From Firmicutes bacterium UBA5449 (GTDB lineage Bacteria > Bacillota > SHA-98 > UBA4971): 64,000 bases of DNA. The stretch lies in assembly GCA_002424305.1 (NCBI GenBank), contig DIQZ01000035.1, forward strand, positions 226,335 through 290,334. Direction: 5' to 3'. Below, piece after piece: positions 8,189 to 18,222 of this stretch; the first letter of the stretch is position 1; each line of letters starts with the position of its first letter. The notes beneath the pieces were generated by a model. The model searched no databases. It worked only from the letters and a program-made list of their open reading frames with translations, and had not been told where the DNA came from. The translations under genes and the position numbers were made by a program.

Positions 8189-11100
8189 CTATCCATTCCT
8201 TTGCTCCTCTTTGCGGCCCATGCTGATAACGGTAACATGGCCGTTTATATCCCACTTGCCGGCATGTTCACCTGAAGGCTTGGAAAGCTCGGTCTCCCCA
8301 CCGTATATCAGCTCCTCTGAAAGGGTTTCATCCATGATATAGCCCTTGTGAAATTCACAGGCCTCCTTAACTACGCTGTCAGACCAAAAAACTGTACCTA
8401 TCCTATCCTCGACATTGAAGTCGGCTTCTTTACGCATTGTTTGGATCTTGTTTACCATTTCTCTTGCCAAGCCTTCCATAATCAAATCATGGGAAAGAGC
8501 GGTATTGAGGGCGCACACAACATCTCCTTCACTCTCAATAGCAAAGCCCTCTTGTTCCACGGTTTCGATAGCCAGCTCCTCAGCAAGGACAGTAACGGTA
8601 TCGTCTCCGCAAGGCACCTTGATACTTCCCTCATCTTCAAGCATAGCTACGACTTGTTCAGGATTAAGACTTTCTATCCCTGCTACCACATCTTTCATTA
8701 GGCGACCGTATTTTGGTCCTAAAAGATCAAATCTGGGTTTCACTCTGTGAGCCACAAACTCACCGACATCCTCTGCAATTCGAATAGCCTTCACATTCAG
8801 CTCCTCTTTGATAATATGCTCCAGCGCAGCCACTGCCTTTTTATCAGCAGGATCCGTGAGGACGACCAGCATCTCACTGAGAGGCTGCCTTATCTTGATG
8901 CTCACCTTATTTCTGGCAGCTCTTCCCAGGGTCACCAGCTTCCTTGCTACAGCCATATTCCGTTCCAGTTCAATATTGATTAACTCTTCGTTGCAAACCG
9001 GATATGAGCAAAGATGAACACTTTCAGGGAGGTCGTCACGTCTTTCAGCTTCGAGATTCCTGTATATCTCCTCTGCCATAAAAGGCGTAAAAGGTGCCAG
9101 CAACTTTGCAAGCCCTACAAGTATCTCATGCAACGTAAGATACGCAGCAATCTTGTCCTGTGTCATCTCAGCGCCCCAGTAACGGCGTCTGGATCTTCTC
9201 ACGTACCAGTTGCTCAAGTCATCTACGAACTCTTCAATAGCTCTGGCTGCAGGTGTAATGCTGTAGGCCTCAAGCTCAGTTTGCACAGCTCTCACAACGC
9301 TATTGAAGCGGGAAATAATCCATTTGTCCAAAATCCCTCTTTCTTCAGGCTGTAGTTCATAGTCATCCGGGTCAAACTCGTCCACGTTCGCATAGAGAAC
9401 ATAGAAAGAATATACATTCCATAGAGTAGACAAAAATCTGCGTTGTGATTCATTTACTGCCTCAAGGTAGAAACGCGTGGGATTCCACGGAGGATTCACA
9501 GTGTACAGGTACCAACGAAATGCGTCAGCCCCATATGTGTTGAACACCTCCCACGTATCCACCACATTCCCCTTGCTCTTACTCATCTTCAAACCTTCGG
9601 CATCAAGTATATGCCCTAACACAAGAACGTTCTTGTACGGGGGCTCATCAAAAAGAAGGGTTGAAATAACGAGCTGCGTATAGAACCATCCGCGGGTTTG
9701 ATCTATTGCTTCACTGATAAAATCCGCCGGGAAATTAGTCTTAAACTTGTCTTCGTTTTCAAATGGATAATGCCACTGGGCAAAAGGCATGGATCCTGAA
9801 TCAAACCAAGCATCTATGACCTCCTTGATCCTATACATAGAACCACCGCACTCAGGGCATCTGAGAACAGCCTGGTCTATATAAGGTCGGTGAAGCTCAA
9901 GTCTTTGAGGAAGCTCCTGAGCCATTTCCTTAAGCTCATCGACACTGCCCACACAATGATTTTTGCCGCATTTCTCACATATCCATATGGGAAGTGGTGT
10001 ACCCCAATAACGCTCTCTGCTGACTGCCCAGTCAATCACGTTTTCCAGGAAGTTTCCCATTCGTCCGTCTTTGATATACTGCGGGTACCACGAAACCGCC
10101 TGGTTATTTCGTAAGAGAGCCTCCTTAACGGCAGTAGTCTTCACAAACCATGAAGTCCGTGCGTAATAGAGGAGCGGAGTATCACATCTCCAACAGAAAG
10201 GATATGTGTGCGCGTGCTGTTCACTCCTGTAGAGTCGCCCACGAGAGTTAAGCTCTTCTATAATTAAAGGATCCGCTTCCTTAACAAACATGCCTTTCCA
10301 TGGTGTTACTTCTACAACAAATTTCCCTTCTTCATCTACCAGCTGCACCACGGGCAGGCCATGTTGGGAAGATGCGCTCATGTCATCTTCACCGAACGCA
10401 GGAGCCAGGTGAACTATGCCTGTGCCGTCGTCAAGAGTGACAAAGTCTGCGCTTACCACATACCAGGCTTTCTTCTCAGGCTCTTCGAACTCAAACAGAG
10501 GTTCATACTCCAATCCGGTCAAGGACTTGCCTGTAAACTCATCTATGACTTCATAGGCTTCATCTTCAAGAAGTGCAGAATGCAGCAGTTCTTTTGCGAG
10601 AATTAGCTTATGACCTGTCTCTGTCAGTCTGATTTTCGCGTAAGTAGCATCCTCTGCCACTGCCAGAGCTACGTTAGACGGAAGAGTCCACGGGGTTGTA
10701 GTCCATACAAGGAACGCTGTGTCTTCCTCATCCTTTAGCTCGAATTTCACGTACACGGACGGATCTTCAACCTCGTGATAGCCTTGAGCAACCTCATGGC
10801 TGGATAAGGCGGTCCCACACCTTGGACAGTACGGCACTACCTTATGTCCCTTATACAGCAGGCCTTTATCCCAAATCTTTCGGAGAGCCCACCACACAGA
10901 CTCAATGTAATAATTCTCATAAGTCACGTAGGCTTTGTCCAAGTCGACCCAAAATCCTACGCGTTCTGTCATACGCTCCCATTCTCTTTTGTACCTGAAC
11001 ACGCTTTGTTTACACTTCTCGATAAAGTTTTCGACACCGTACTCCTCTATCTGAGGCTTCCCACTTATGCCTAATTGCTTTTCTATCTCAAGTTCAACAG

Positions 11101-11371
11101 GAAGCCCGTGGGTGTCCCAGCCACCTTTCCTTGGCACATGATATCCACACATTGTCCGGTATCTGGGAATAAGGTCCTTCATTACACGAGTGAGCACATG
11201 CCCGGGATGAGGCATAGCGTTTGCAGTAGGCGGACCTTCATAAAATACGAACTTAGGTCCGCCTTCAGTTTTCTTAATCGTTTTCTTAAAAATTTCTTGC
11301 TCTTTCCAGAACTCAAGGATTTCCTCTTCCATTCGAGGCATATTCCTGGATGGGTCAACTTGTTTGAACAT
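8189..11371 (-). CDS. ileS: Isoleucine--tRNA ligase, type 2 (archaeal/eukaryote-like)
   Basis: EGPPTAN.PHPGH, GWDTHGLP, WTTTPWTLPSN, DGTGIVHLAP, WAVSRERYWG, DQTRGWF, KMSKS; long IleRS2-type C-terminus; Ile T-box upstream. Confidence 0.97.
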   Translation of the reverse strand: MFKQVDPSRNMPRMEEEILEFWKEQEIFKKTIKKTEGGPKFVFYEGPPTANAMPHPGHVLTRVMKDLIPRYRTMCGYHVPRKGGWDTHGLPVELEIEKQLGISGKPQIEEYGVENFIEKCKQSVFRYKREWERMTERVGFWVDLDKAYVTYENYYIESVWWALRKIWDKGLLYKGHKVVPYCPRCGTALSSHEVAQGYHEVEDPSVYVKFELKDEEDTAFLVWTTTPWTLPSNVALAVAEDATYAKIRLTETGHKLILAKELLHSALLEDEAYEVIDEFTGKSLTGLEYEPLFEFEEPEKKAWYVVSADFVTLDDGTGIVHLAPAFGEDDMSASSQHGLPVVQLVDEEGKFVVEVTPWKGMFVKEADPLIIEELNSRGRLYRSEQHAHTYPFCWRCDTPLLYYARTSWFVKTTAVKEALLRNNQAVSWYPQYIKDGRMGNFLENVIDWAVSRERYWGTPLPIWICEKCGKNHCVGSVDELKEMAQELPQRLELHRPYIDQAVLRCPECGGSMYRIKEVIDAWFDSGSMPFAQWHYPFENEDKFKTNFPADFISEAIDQTRGWFYTQLVISTLLFDEPPYKNVLVLGHILDAEGLKMSKSKGNVVDTWEVFNTYGADAFRWYLYTVNPPWNPTRFYLEAVNESQRRFLSTLWNVYSFYVLYANVDEFDPDDYELQPEERGILDKWIISRFNSVVRAVQTELEAYSITPAARAIEEFVDDLSNWYVRRSRRRYWGAEMTQDKIAAYLTLHEILVGLAKLLAPFTPFMAEEIYRNLEAERRDDLPESVHLCSYPVCNEELINIELERNMAVARKLVTLGRAARNKVSIKIRQPLSEMLVVLTDPADKKAVAALEHIIKEELNVKAIRIAEDVGEFVAHRVKPRFDLLGPKYGRLMKDVVAGIESLNPEQVVAMLEDEGSIKVPCGDDTVTVLAEELAIETVEQEGFAIESEGDVVCALNTALSHDLIMEGLAREMVNKIQTMRKEADFNVEDRIGTVFWSDSVVKEACEFHKGYIMDETLSEELIYGGETELSKPSGEHAGKWDINGHVTVISMGRKEEQRNG

Positions 11372-11406
11372 GGCACATCCTCCTCAAACTACACCAATAA
11401 TAACAA

Positions 11407-11705
11407 TCTCCCGTCCCCTGAAATCGGGACGGGAGACAATACTCTCGCGGTACCACCCAAATTGGCTGCCTGTGGCAGCCCGCTCATAGGCACAACAAAC
11501 CCAATCCACATCATACCAGGCTGGGAATGCCATACCTCTGTATCGGGAGGACCCGGCCGCGTCTACTCTCTTAGCCTGCCACAAAGGCGGGCCTTGGATT
11601 TCGCGTGGCCACTCCAGGGGGATCTTGGGTGCTCCTAAGCTCCGACTTACACCTGCCTCGGTTCGCTGTAACTCCCGGATGCAACCTACTCGTCCCTATC
11701 ATCGT
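11407..11705 (-). promoter_or_regulatory. T-box riboswitch with Ile (AUC) specifier
   Basis: T-box core GGGTGGTACCGCG (11446-11458), terminator stem 11407-11436, stem I motifs AGCGA/GGTGTAAG, specifier ATC at 11621-11623. Confidence 0.9.
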
Positions 11706-11763
11706 CTCGATAACATATCTAATTTACCACATTAAGATGTGTAGCATTCTCGCTTACGCATTC

Positions 11764-11792
11764 AGTTTAGCATAGCGTTCGAGCCCGGTCAA
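11764..11792 (-). promoter_or_regulatory. Sigma-A promoter of the T-box/ileS unit
   Basis: TTGACC-N17-TAAACT with extended -10 TG. Confidence 0.6.
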
Positions 11793-11958
11793 CGGGCAAC
11801 ACATGGTCCATAAGTTCTGCCCGGGGTGGCCGGTGCTTGTGTAAGGGGGGCGCCCGGAATTTGGCAAGTATATGGACGGGCCAAATTCGATCGAGGCGCG
11901 CCGCAAGTGCGCCGTCCCCCGAACGCAACACGGGACATGCCAGGCAGGAAAAGTGACC
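11787..11958 (+). ncRNA. Candidate structured ncRNA (long irregular rod, 6S-like size)
   Basis: Nested complementary blocks across the whole interval; G-U pairs favour the + strand. No family motif recognised. Confidence 0.35.
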
Positions 11959-11976
11959 CAAATCAGTAGAACACGC

Positions 11977-12141
11977 TTAGTCTCCTGAGCCTTTTCTAAA
12001 AGGCGCCCTCTTAATAAATGGAAGTTTCGGGGTTTCATGTATTATGACCTCTGCCGGACCGGGCATCAACTGTTGTTGGCACTTCTCGCATTTTTCCGCT
12101 GAATCCGGATTCACAGCCCCACAATTGGGACATTGAATCAC
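11977..12141 (-). CDS. Small zinc-ribbon protein
   Basis: CPNCGAVNPDSAEKCEKC; GTG at 12141 with GGGGGTG RBS. Confidence 0.7.
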   Translation of the reverse strand: MIQCPNCGAVNPDSAEKCEKCQQQLMPGPAEVIIHETPKLPFIKRAPFRKGSGD

Positions 12142-12253
12142 AAGAGACACCCCCTTCAACACTTCTGATTTCTACATCAGACAGTATATGCCTAAGGAGT
12201 ATCTTGTGACACCCGGAACCTAACCCGGGACTTCTCATACCGAACTTGTCCCA

Positions 12254-13069
12254 CTATTTCATAGCGCTTACCTGAATCATAGTAATGATTTTGGAGTCGT
12301 CAGCGCTGCCACTATAGGTTACCATTTCCGATGCGTCCAGCTTCACAATGCTCCCAAGAGCCAGATAGAACGTACCCGTAGAGACATACGTATAGTCTTG
12401 CTTGTTATCCTGACCCTTACCGACAATTTCGTAACCAATCTTGTATGCGTTGGCTGTCCCCCAAGGTTCCACTCCAAGAAACCGATATGCACGTTTCTCA
12501 AACGTCTGATCCCCGGTGGTTTTTGAGAAAAACGCATCATTCATAGTCCACGTATCCCCTGGTTCAACAGGATATTCAGGTAGGAGCGCCTGAGCCAGCC
12601 ACATAGTCTCAATACGCCGCCCGTCCCAAGGTTTGAGGCCTTTTACCCCGAGAATACGGCCTGTTTTATCAGTAGTCAAGTAGTATCCTGAAGGCTCCAA
12701 CCTCCTAATTTCTCCACCTACAGGAGTAACAGTGCCTACACACACAACAGCCCGTAAGGCCTTACCGTTTTCCACAGGCGTTTTCTGCACCTTGAAATCT
12801 TCTCTATAAAGATTTGTTATTCTTTGTCCGTCGAGGTATGAAGTTTCACTTATGAGAACCTGATACGTGTTGGTCTCATCTGATGAGGTATCAAACTCCA
12901 AAACGGTCTTAGGCGAATTCTCAGCAGAAACACTGCACCGTAAGATCAGTAAGTCTACTATGGTAATACACAAGACCAAGGACAAGCCCACAACGAACAT
13001 AGAATTCATCCCTGCCCTCGTCTTATTTCGCCTTGATTGAGTGTTCCTGATATACGTGATAAGATCCAC
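12254..13069 (-). CDS. Hypothetical exported protein
   Basis: 271-aa ORF with an N-terminal hydrophobic signal-like segment and beta-rich body; true start may be a downstream Met. Confidence 0.6.
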   Translation of the reverse strand: MDLITYIRNTQSRRNKTRAGMNSMFVVGLSLVLCITIVDLLILRCSVSAENSPKTVLEFDTSSDETNTYQVLISETSYLDGQRITNLYREDFKVQKTPVENGKALRAVVCVGTVTPVGGEIRRLEPSGYYLTTDKTGRILGVKGLKPWDGRRIETMWLAQALLPEYPVEPGDTWTMNDAFFSKTTGDQTFEKRAYRFLGVEPWGTANAYKIGYEIVGKGQDNKQDYTYVSTGTFYLALGSIVKLDASEMVTYSGSADDSKIITMIQVSAMK

Positions 13070-13262
13070 AAAGATGCCCCCTTTTATCGGGTGGCCCCAT
13101 TTCAGGTTTCAAGAAGCGAAATAAAACCTCAAGTAAACCCTTATGTGACCATATGCAGGATCCTCATTCTCGTACCCTTTATGCCTATAGATTATACAGT
13201 ACTTTCAGCAAAAATGAAGGTATTCCTACTTATCATAGGTGGCAGGTTCGGAGACTAATATA

Positions 13263-13304
13263 GAAATGTCAGCGCTACGGCGTTTCTCATAGCGCTGACA
13301 TTTC
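13263..13304 (-). terminator. Hairpin terminator after hydA
   Basis: 15-bp perfect inverted repeat GAAATGTCAGCGCTA/TAGCGCTGACATTTC. Confidence 0.7.
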
Positions 13305-13367
13305 CTTCTTACGGGCTAACCGAATCTCTCAACCGACAAAACGTACAAGGCCCGGGCTTGGACAGGC

Positions 13368-15092
13368 TTAGACTCGGGATCGGGGAACATAGTGCGTGTG
13401 AAGAAGCTCATGAGACTTCTCCCCCAAAGGCTCCCCAAGAAACTCTTTGTATAGTTCTTGGACTTGGGGGTTCAGGTGAGATTTGCGAAGCGGCATATTC
13501 CTGTCTTCTTCATATATTGCGCTAATTCGCTTCAGTCTTGTCTCTCGGTCAGTTGGTATAGGCTGTCCGCCTCCACCGATACACCCGCCGGGACATGCCA
13601 TTATTTCAACAAAGTGATAATCAGCATCACCCTTAGAAATCCTTTCCAGAAGTTGCCTTGCATTCTTCAGTCCATTGGTAACTGCGACGTTAACCACAGT
13701 GCCATTTATGTCTACTTGTGCTTCCTTGCAGCCTTCAATACCCCTGACATCCTCAAAATCAATGTTCTCTAACTCACTGTCAGTGACTACTTCGTACACA
13801 GTCCTTAGGGCAGCTTCCATCACACCGCCTGACGCCCCGAAAATAACGGCTGCACCTGTCGACATACCAAGAGGATCATCGTAATCTTCAGCAGGCAACG
13901 ATGGGAAGTCAATCCCCGCCTCTCGTATCATCCGTCCAAGTTCTCTTGTTGTAAGAACAGCGTCTATATCAGGATAGCCACTGGATGTCATCTCCGGTCT
14001 CTTGGCTTCAAACTTCTTTGCAGTGCACGGCATTATGGATACAACGTAGATATCTTTCGGATCAATACCGGCTTTTTCTGCATAATAAGTCTTGGCAAGA
14101 GCGCCAAACATCTGCTGAGGTGACTTACATGTAGATACATGTGGGAGTAGGTCGGGAAAGAAATGCTCAATAAACTTAATCCAGCCCGGACTGCATGAAG
14201 TAATAAGAGGCAATACCCCTCCGGCCTTCAACCGCTCCAGCAGTTCATATCCTTCCTCCATAATAGTCAGGTCAGCCGTGAAGTCAGTATCAAAAACCTT
14301 ATCGAACCCAAGCCTTCTCAAGGCTGCCACCATTTGGCCTGTGACTCTCGAGCCGGCAGGCATACCCAGCTCTTCACCGATACTTGCTCTTACCGCAGGC
14401 GCAGTTTGAACCACCACATGCTTAGTGGGATCTGCTAACGCAGCCCAGACATATTCAGTGGCATCACTTTCTGTCAAAGCGCCTACAGGACATGCAAGAA
14501 CACACTGACCGCACATAGTGCAAACTGCTTCCATGAGATCATCAGCAAACGCAGGGCCGACCATTGTGTCAAACCCTCTGTCATTGGGCGCCAGCGCGCA
14601 CACTGATTGCGTATCCTGGCAAACACTTACGCATCGCCTGCAGAGGATACATTTGTTAGGATCTCTGACAATCGAGGGGCTTGAAGAATCTACGGGAAAC
14701 TTGTGTTTCTCTCCCTCATACTCGATCTCACGTATGTTGAACCTATCTGCAAGCGCCTGAAGCTCGCAGTTTCCACTTCGTTCGCAAGTCAGACACTCAT
14801 AAGGATGGTTAGATATGATAAGCTCCAGTACAGTCCTTCTGGCTTCACGCACAGCAGGAGTATTAGTCCTAACTACCATCCCGTCTGAGGCCGGAGCAAC
14901 ACATGCAGCTTGCAGAGATTTGGCTCCTTCCACTTCGACTACGCAAACCCGGCAGACTCCCACAACGTTAGTGTCTTTCAAGTAACAGAGAGTAGGTATA
15001 TCTACCCCGGCTGCATGCGCCGCATCAAGAATCGTTGAACCGGCGGGCACTTGAACCTTATTGCCATCTATAGTTACAGTAAGCATATCCAT
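13368..15092 (-). CDS. hydA: [FeFe]-hydrogenase catalytic subunit (group A, NuoG-like Fe-S arm)
   Basis: [2Fe-2S] (IPTLC..CRVC..AC), His-ligated [4Fe-4S] (H...C..C.....C), 2x[4Fe-4S]; H-cluster motifs TSCSPGW, MPCTAKKFE, EIMACPGGCIGGGGQP. Confidence 0.95.
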   Translation of the reverse strand: MDMLTVTIDGNKVQVPAGSTILDAAHAAGVDIPTLCYLKDTNVVGVCRVCVVEVEGAKSLQAACVAPASDGMVVRTNTPAVREARRTVLELIISNHPYECLTCERSGNCELQALADRFNIREIEYEGEKHKFPVDSSSPSIVRDPNKCILCRRCVSVCQDTQSVCALAPNDRGFDTMVGPAFADDLMEAVCTMCGQCVLACPVGALTESDATEYVWAALADPTKHVVVQTAPAVRASIGEELGMPAGSRVTGQMVAALRRLGFDKVFDTDFTADLTIMEEGYELLERLKAGGVLPLITSCSPGWIKFIEHFFPDLLPHVSTCKSPQQMFGALAKTYYAEKAGIDPKDIYVVSIMPCTAKKFEAKRPEMTSSGYPDIDAVLTTRELGRMIREAGIDFPSLPAEDYDDPLGMSTGAAVIFGASGGVMEAALRTVYEVVTDSELENIDFEDVRGIEGCKEAQVDINGTVVNVAVTNGLKNARQLLERISKGDADYHFVEIMACPGGCIGGGGQPIPTDRETRLKRISAIYEEDRNMPLRKSHLNPQVQELYKEFLGEPLGEKSHELLHTHYVPRSRV

Positions 15093-15112
15093 CCTGGTTC
15101 ACGCTCCATTCT

Positions 15113-18100
15113 TTAGTCCTTCACGTCGCACCGGAGACATCGCGAAGCTTCAAAAATTGCTTGAGGCTCACTGAACTTATCAACTACCTCATTGAAGTTG
15201 CCATGCCTCTGGTTTACCGGTAGCACACCTGGATGTTGCCTTGGCATCTGCTCCTCATGGATTTCTCCCACCTGTTCCCGACCAAGGTCAGGACTTACAG
15301 GGATCTCCCCGGTTCCGCCAAGGTACTTGCCAATTTCTATTGCAGCGCGTCTGCCGTCTGCAATCGCCTGAATTACAGTATCAGGCCCGTGCACACAGTC
15401 ACCGCCTGCAAATACGCCAGGTTCACCGGTGGTGAGAGTCCTTGTGTCTGTAACTATCGTAGACCATCTTGTAGTCTCAATCCCGGATCTGCCCGGTAGG
15501 AGAGACATATCCGGCCTCTGGCTTATGGCGGAAATAACCATATCTACATCAACAACAAAATTCGACGCTTCTACCTCGACAGGACGCCTCCGCCCGCTGC
15601 GGTCAAACTCACCTAAGGACATTCTGACACATTCCATGTTAGTGAGCTTGCCGTCTCTGCCTATCATTTTTGCCGGCACTGTCAGGAAGTGGATTTTGAT
15701 TCCTTCGCGTTCCGCCTCACTTATCTCCCCTTTGTCAGCAGGCATGTCTTCTCGCTGACGTCTGTATATAACGTGAACTTCACCCGAGCCAAGACGAAGA
15801 GCGGTTCTGGCGGCATCTATAGCAGCGTTACCTCCGCCTATGACTGCAACTTTCTTGCCAACCTTCGGGTTTTTGCCGAGGCTGACGTCTTGGAGAAACT
15901 CAACAGCGCCCACCACACCACACAAGTCCTCCCCCGGCACGCCAAGCTTCTGGCTTACGTTGGCTCCGACAGCAATGAGAATGGCTTTGTATCCGTCAGT
16001 CCTCAAGTCATCAATGGTAACATCTTTACCTACCGCAACCCCTGTACGTATCCGGACCCCGGTTCTCTCAATATAGTCGATTTCCGCACGTAGAATATCT
16101 TTGGGCAGTCTATATTCTGGGATTCCGATTAACAACATGCCACCCGGTTCCGGTAAGGCTTCAAATACTGTGACCTCATATCCCATCTGAGCCAAATAGT
16201 AAGCTGCGGTAAGGCCACAAGGACCTGAACCCACAATTGCCACCTTCGCATTTTTTATGACTTCAGGCTTCTCAACCGGGATTGGATTCAGGAGTTCATA
16301 GTCGGCAGCAAACCTCTTCAACTCGCATATAGCAAGGGCCTGATCAAGTTGAGCTCTTCTGCATTTACCTTCACACGGATGGGTGCAAACCCTACCACAC
16401 ACCGCAGGAAACGGATTCTTCTCTTTTATGAGCTTTACTGCCTCCTGATATCTCTTTTGTGTTATCAGGTTGATGTACCTCGGCACATCAACATCAGCAG
16501 GACATGCATTCTGGCAAGGGGACTCAAACAGAGTAGCGCATACAGAGGCCGGACACTTCCTGTCCCTGATATGAGCCTCGTACTCGTCCCTAAAATAGCG
16601 TATAGTGGTGAGGACAGGAGTCGGAGCTGTCTGACCTAAGCCACAGAGAGCCGTCTCTTTGATCCATGTTCCAAGCTTAATCAGACGCTCAATATCGCCT
16701 TCACGCCCCTCGCCCCGGGTGATTCTGGTTAGAATCTCCAGCATCCTCTTTGTGCCTATCCGACACGGGGCACACTTACCACAGGATTCATCCTGGGTAA
16801 ACTCTAAGAAGAACCTGGCAAGGTCAACCATACATGTGTCTTCATCCATGACAACGAGACCGCCGGACCCCATGATCGTACCGAGCTTTGTAAGGGACTC
16901 ATAATCCATGGGTGTGTTAAGAAATTCCGCAGGAACACATCCGCCTGAAGGTCCTCCGGTCTGCGCAGCCTTATACTTCTTGCCATCGGGGATTCCTCCG
17001 CCGATGTCGAAGACTACTTCTCCCAGAGGCGTCCCCATAGGGACTTCGACAAGGCCTGTATTGTTTATTTTGCCTGCAAGAGCAAATACTTTTGTGCCCT
17101 TACTCTTCTCAGTTCCGATGCCCGCAAACCACTCCGGGCCTCTTAGAATTATCTGGGGAATATTAGCGTAGGTCTCTACGTTGTTGAGAAGGGTCGGTCT
17201 CCCCCACAGCCCTTTGCTGGCAGGAAAAGGAGGCCTTGGCCTCGGCTCTCCGCGTCTTCCCTCCACTGAGGCAAGGAGAGCTGTCTCCTCACCGCATACA
17301 AAGGCACCTGCTCCAACCCTTATATCCATGTTAAACTCAAAGCCTTTGCCAAGAATATCCTTACCAAGAAGCCCATACTCTCTGGCCTGGCTTATAGCGT
17401 GGGTAAGATGAGCGACTGCCAAGGGATATTCAGCCCTGACATAGACGTACCCTTGATTTGCTCCGACAGTATACCCTGCAATTGCCATGGCCTCAATTAT
17501 GGCATGAGGATCTCCTTCGATTATGCTTCTGTCCATGAACGCGCCGGGGTCACCCTCGTCAGCATTACAAACCACATACTTTTTGTCTGACTTCGCTCGC
17601 CTGGTGAAGTCCCACTTCAAGCCGGTGGGGAACCCTGCTCCCCCTCTACCGCGAAGGCCTGCACTCTTTAGAACATTTATTACATCCTCCGGTGTCATTT
17701 CAGTGACGACCTTAGCAAGAGCTGCATACCCGTCTTCAGCTATGTACTCTTCAATATTCAAAGGGTCAATCTTACCCGTGTTGCGAAGAGCAACTCTAAC
17801 CTGTCTGCTGAAGAAGGTCATATCGGAATACGTAGGAACTTTTTGCCTTGTATCCGGAGTCACGTAGAGAAGCCTGTCAACAATTCTACCTTTAAGGAGG
17901 TGTTCCGTAACTATTGAACGGGCATCTTCCGGTTTTAGATTTCTGTAGAGAACCCCTTCCGGGTAGACAATAATGATAGGACCCAGCTCGCAAGGACCCA
18001 TGCACCCTGTAACAATAATTTTGATTTCGTCGGTGAGACCTTGCTTGGCGATTTCATCAGCAAGAGCCTGTTCAACATCTTTGCATCCTGACGAGGCGCA

Positions 18101-18145
18101 ACCTGCCCCGCCACAAACGAGAACATGTGTCCGATAGGCACCCAT
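15113..18145 (-). CDS. hydB: HydB/NuoF-like flavoprotein fused to a GltD/NfnB-like FAD/NADPH module
   Basis: N-terminal Trx-like [2Fe-2S]; GRGGAGFPTG, NADEGDPGAFMDR, GAGAFVCGEET, ESCGKC.PCR.G, LCGLG; then PCQNACP, CGRVCTHPCE, VGSGPCG, GGGNAAIDAAR, YRR, AGGD. ATG at 18145 with AGGAGG RBS. Confidence 0.9.
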   Translation of the reverse strand: MGAYRTHVLVCGGAGCASSGCKDVEQALADEIAKQGLTDEIKIIVTGCMGPCELGPIIIVYPEGVLYRNLKPEDARSIVTEHLLKGRIVDRLLYVTPDTRQKVPTYSDMTFFSRQVRVALRNTGKIDPLNIEEYIAEDGYAALAKVVTEMTPEDVINVLKSAGLRGRGGAGFPTGLKWDFTRRAKSDKKYVVCNADEGDPGAFMDRSIIEGDPHAIIEAMAIAGYTVGANQGYVYVRAEYPLAVAHLTHAISQAREYGLLGKDILGKGFEFNMDIRVGAGAFVCGEETALLASVEGRRGEPRPRPPFPASKGLWGRPTLLNNVETYANIPQIILRGPEWFAGIGTEKSKGTKVFALAGKINNTGLVEVPMGTPLGEVVFDIGGGIPDGKKYKAAQTGGPSGGCVPAEFLNTPMDYESLTKLGTIMGSGGLVVMDEDTCMVDLARFFLEFTQDESCGKCAPCRIGTKRMLEILTRITRGEGREGDIERLIKLGTWIKETALCGLGQTAPTPVLTTIRYFRDEYEAHIRDRKCPASVCATLFESPCQNACPADVDVPRYINLITQKRYQEAVKLIKEKNPFPAVCGRVCTHPCEGKCRRAQLDQALAICELKRFAADYELLNPIPVEKPEVIKNAKVAIVGSGPCGLTAAYYLAQMGYEVTVFEALPEPGGMLLIGIPEYRLPKDILRAEIDYIERTGVRIRTGVAVGKDVTIDDLRTDGYKAILIAVGANVSQKLGVPGEDLCGVVGAVEFLQDVSLGKNPKVGKKVAVIGGGNAAIDAARTALRLGSGEVHVIYRRQREDMPADKGEISEAEREGIKIHFLTVPAKMIGRDGKLTNMECVRMSLGEFDRSGRRRPVEVEASNFVVDVDMVISAISQRPDMSLLPGRSGIETTRWSTIVTDTRTLTTGEPGVFAGGDCVHGPDTVIQAIADGRRAAIEIGKYLGGTGEIPVSPDLGREQVGEIHEEQMPRQHPGVLPVNQRHGNFNEVVDKFSEPQAIFEASRCLRCDVKD

Positions 18146-18222
18146 GCTACCAAGCCTCCTTATCCTGAAACAACCACACAAATTCAAATCGGCGTTTCAA
18201 GCTCATGCATAAGATCACATCA

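Noticed and set aside
11075..12038. ORFs of 187, 66, 94 and 64 aa around the ileS leader
   Set aside because: Explained by ileS antisense, the T-box and the GC-rich hairpin.
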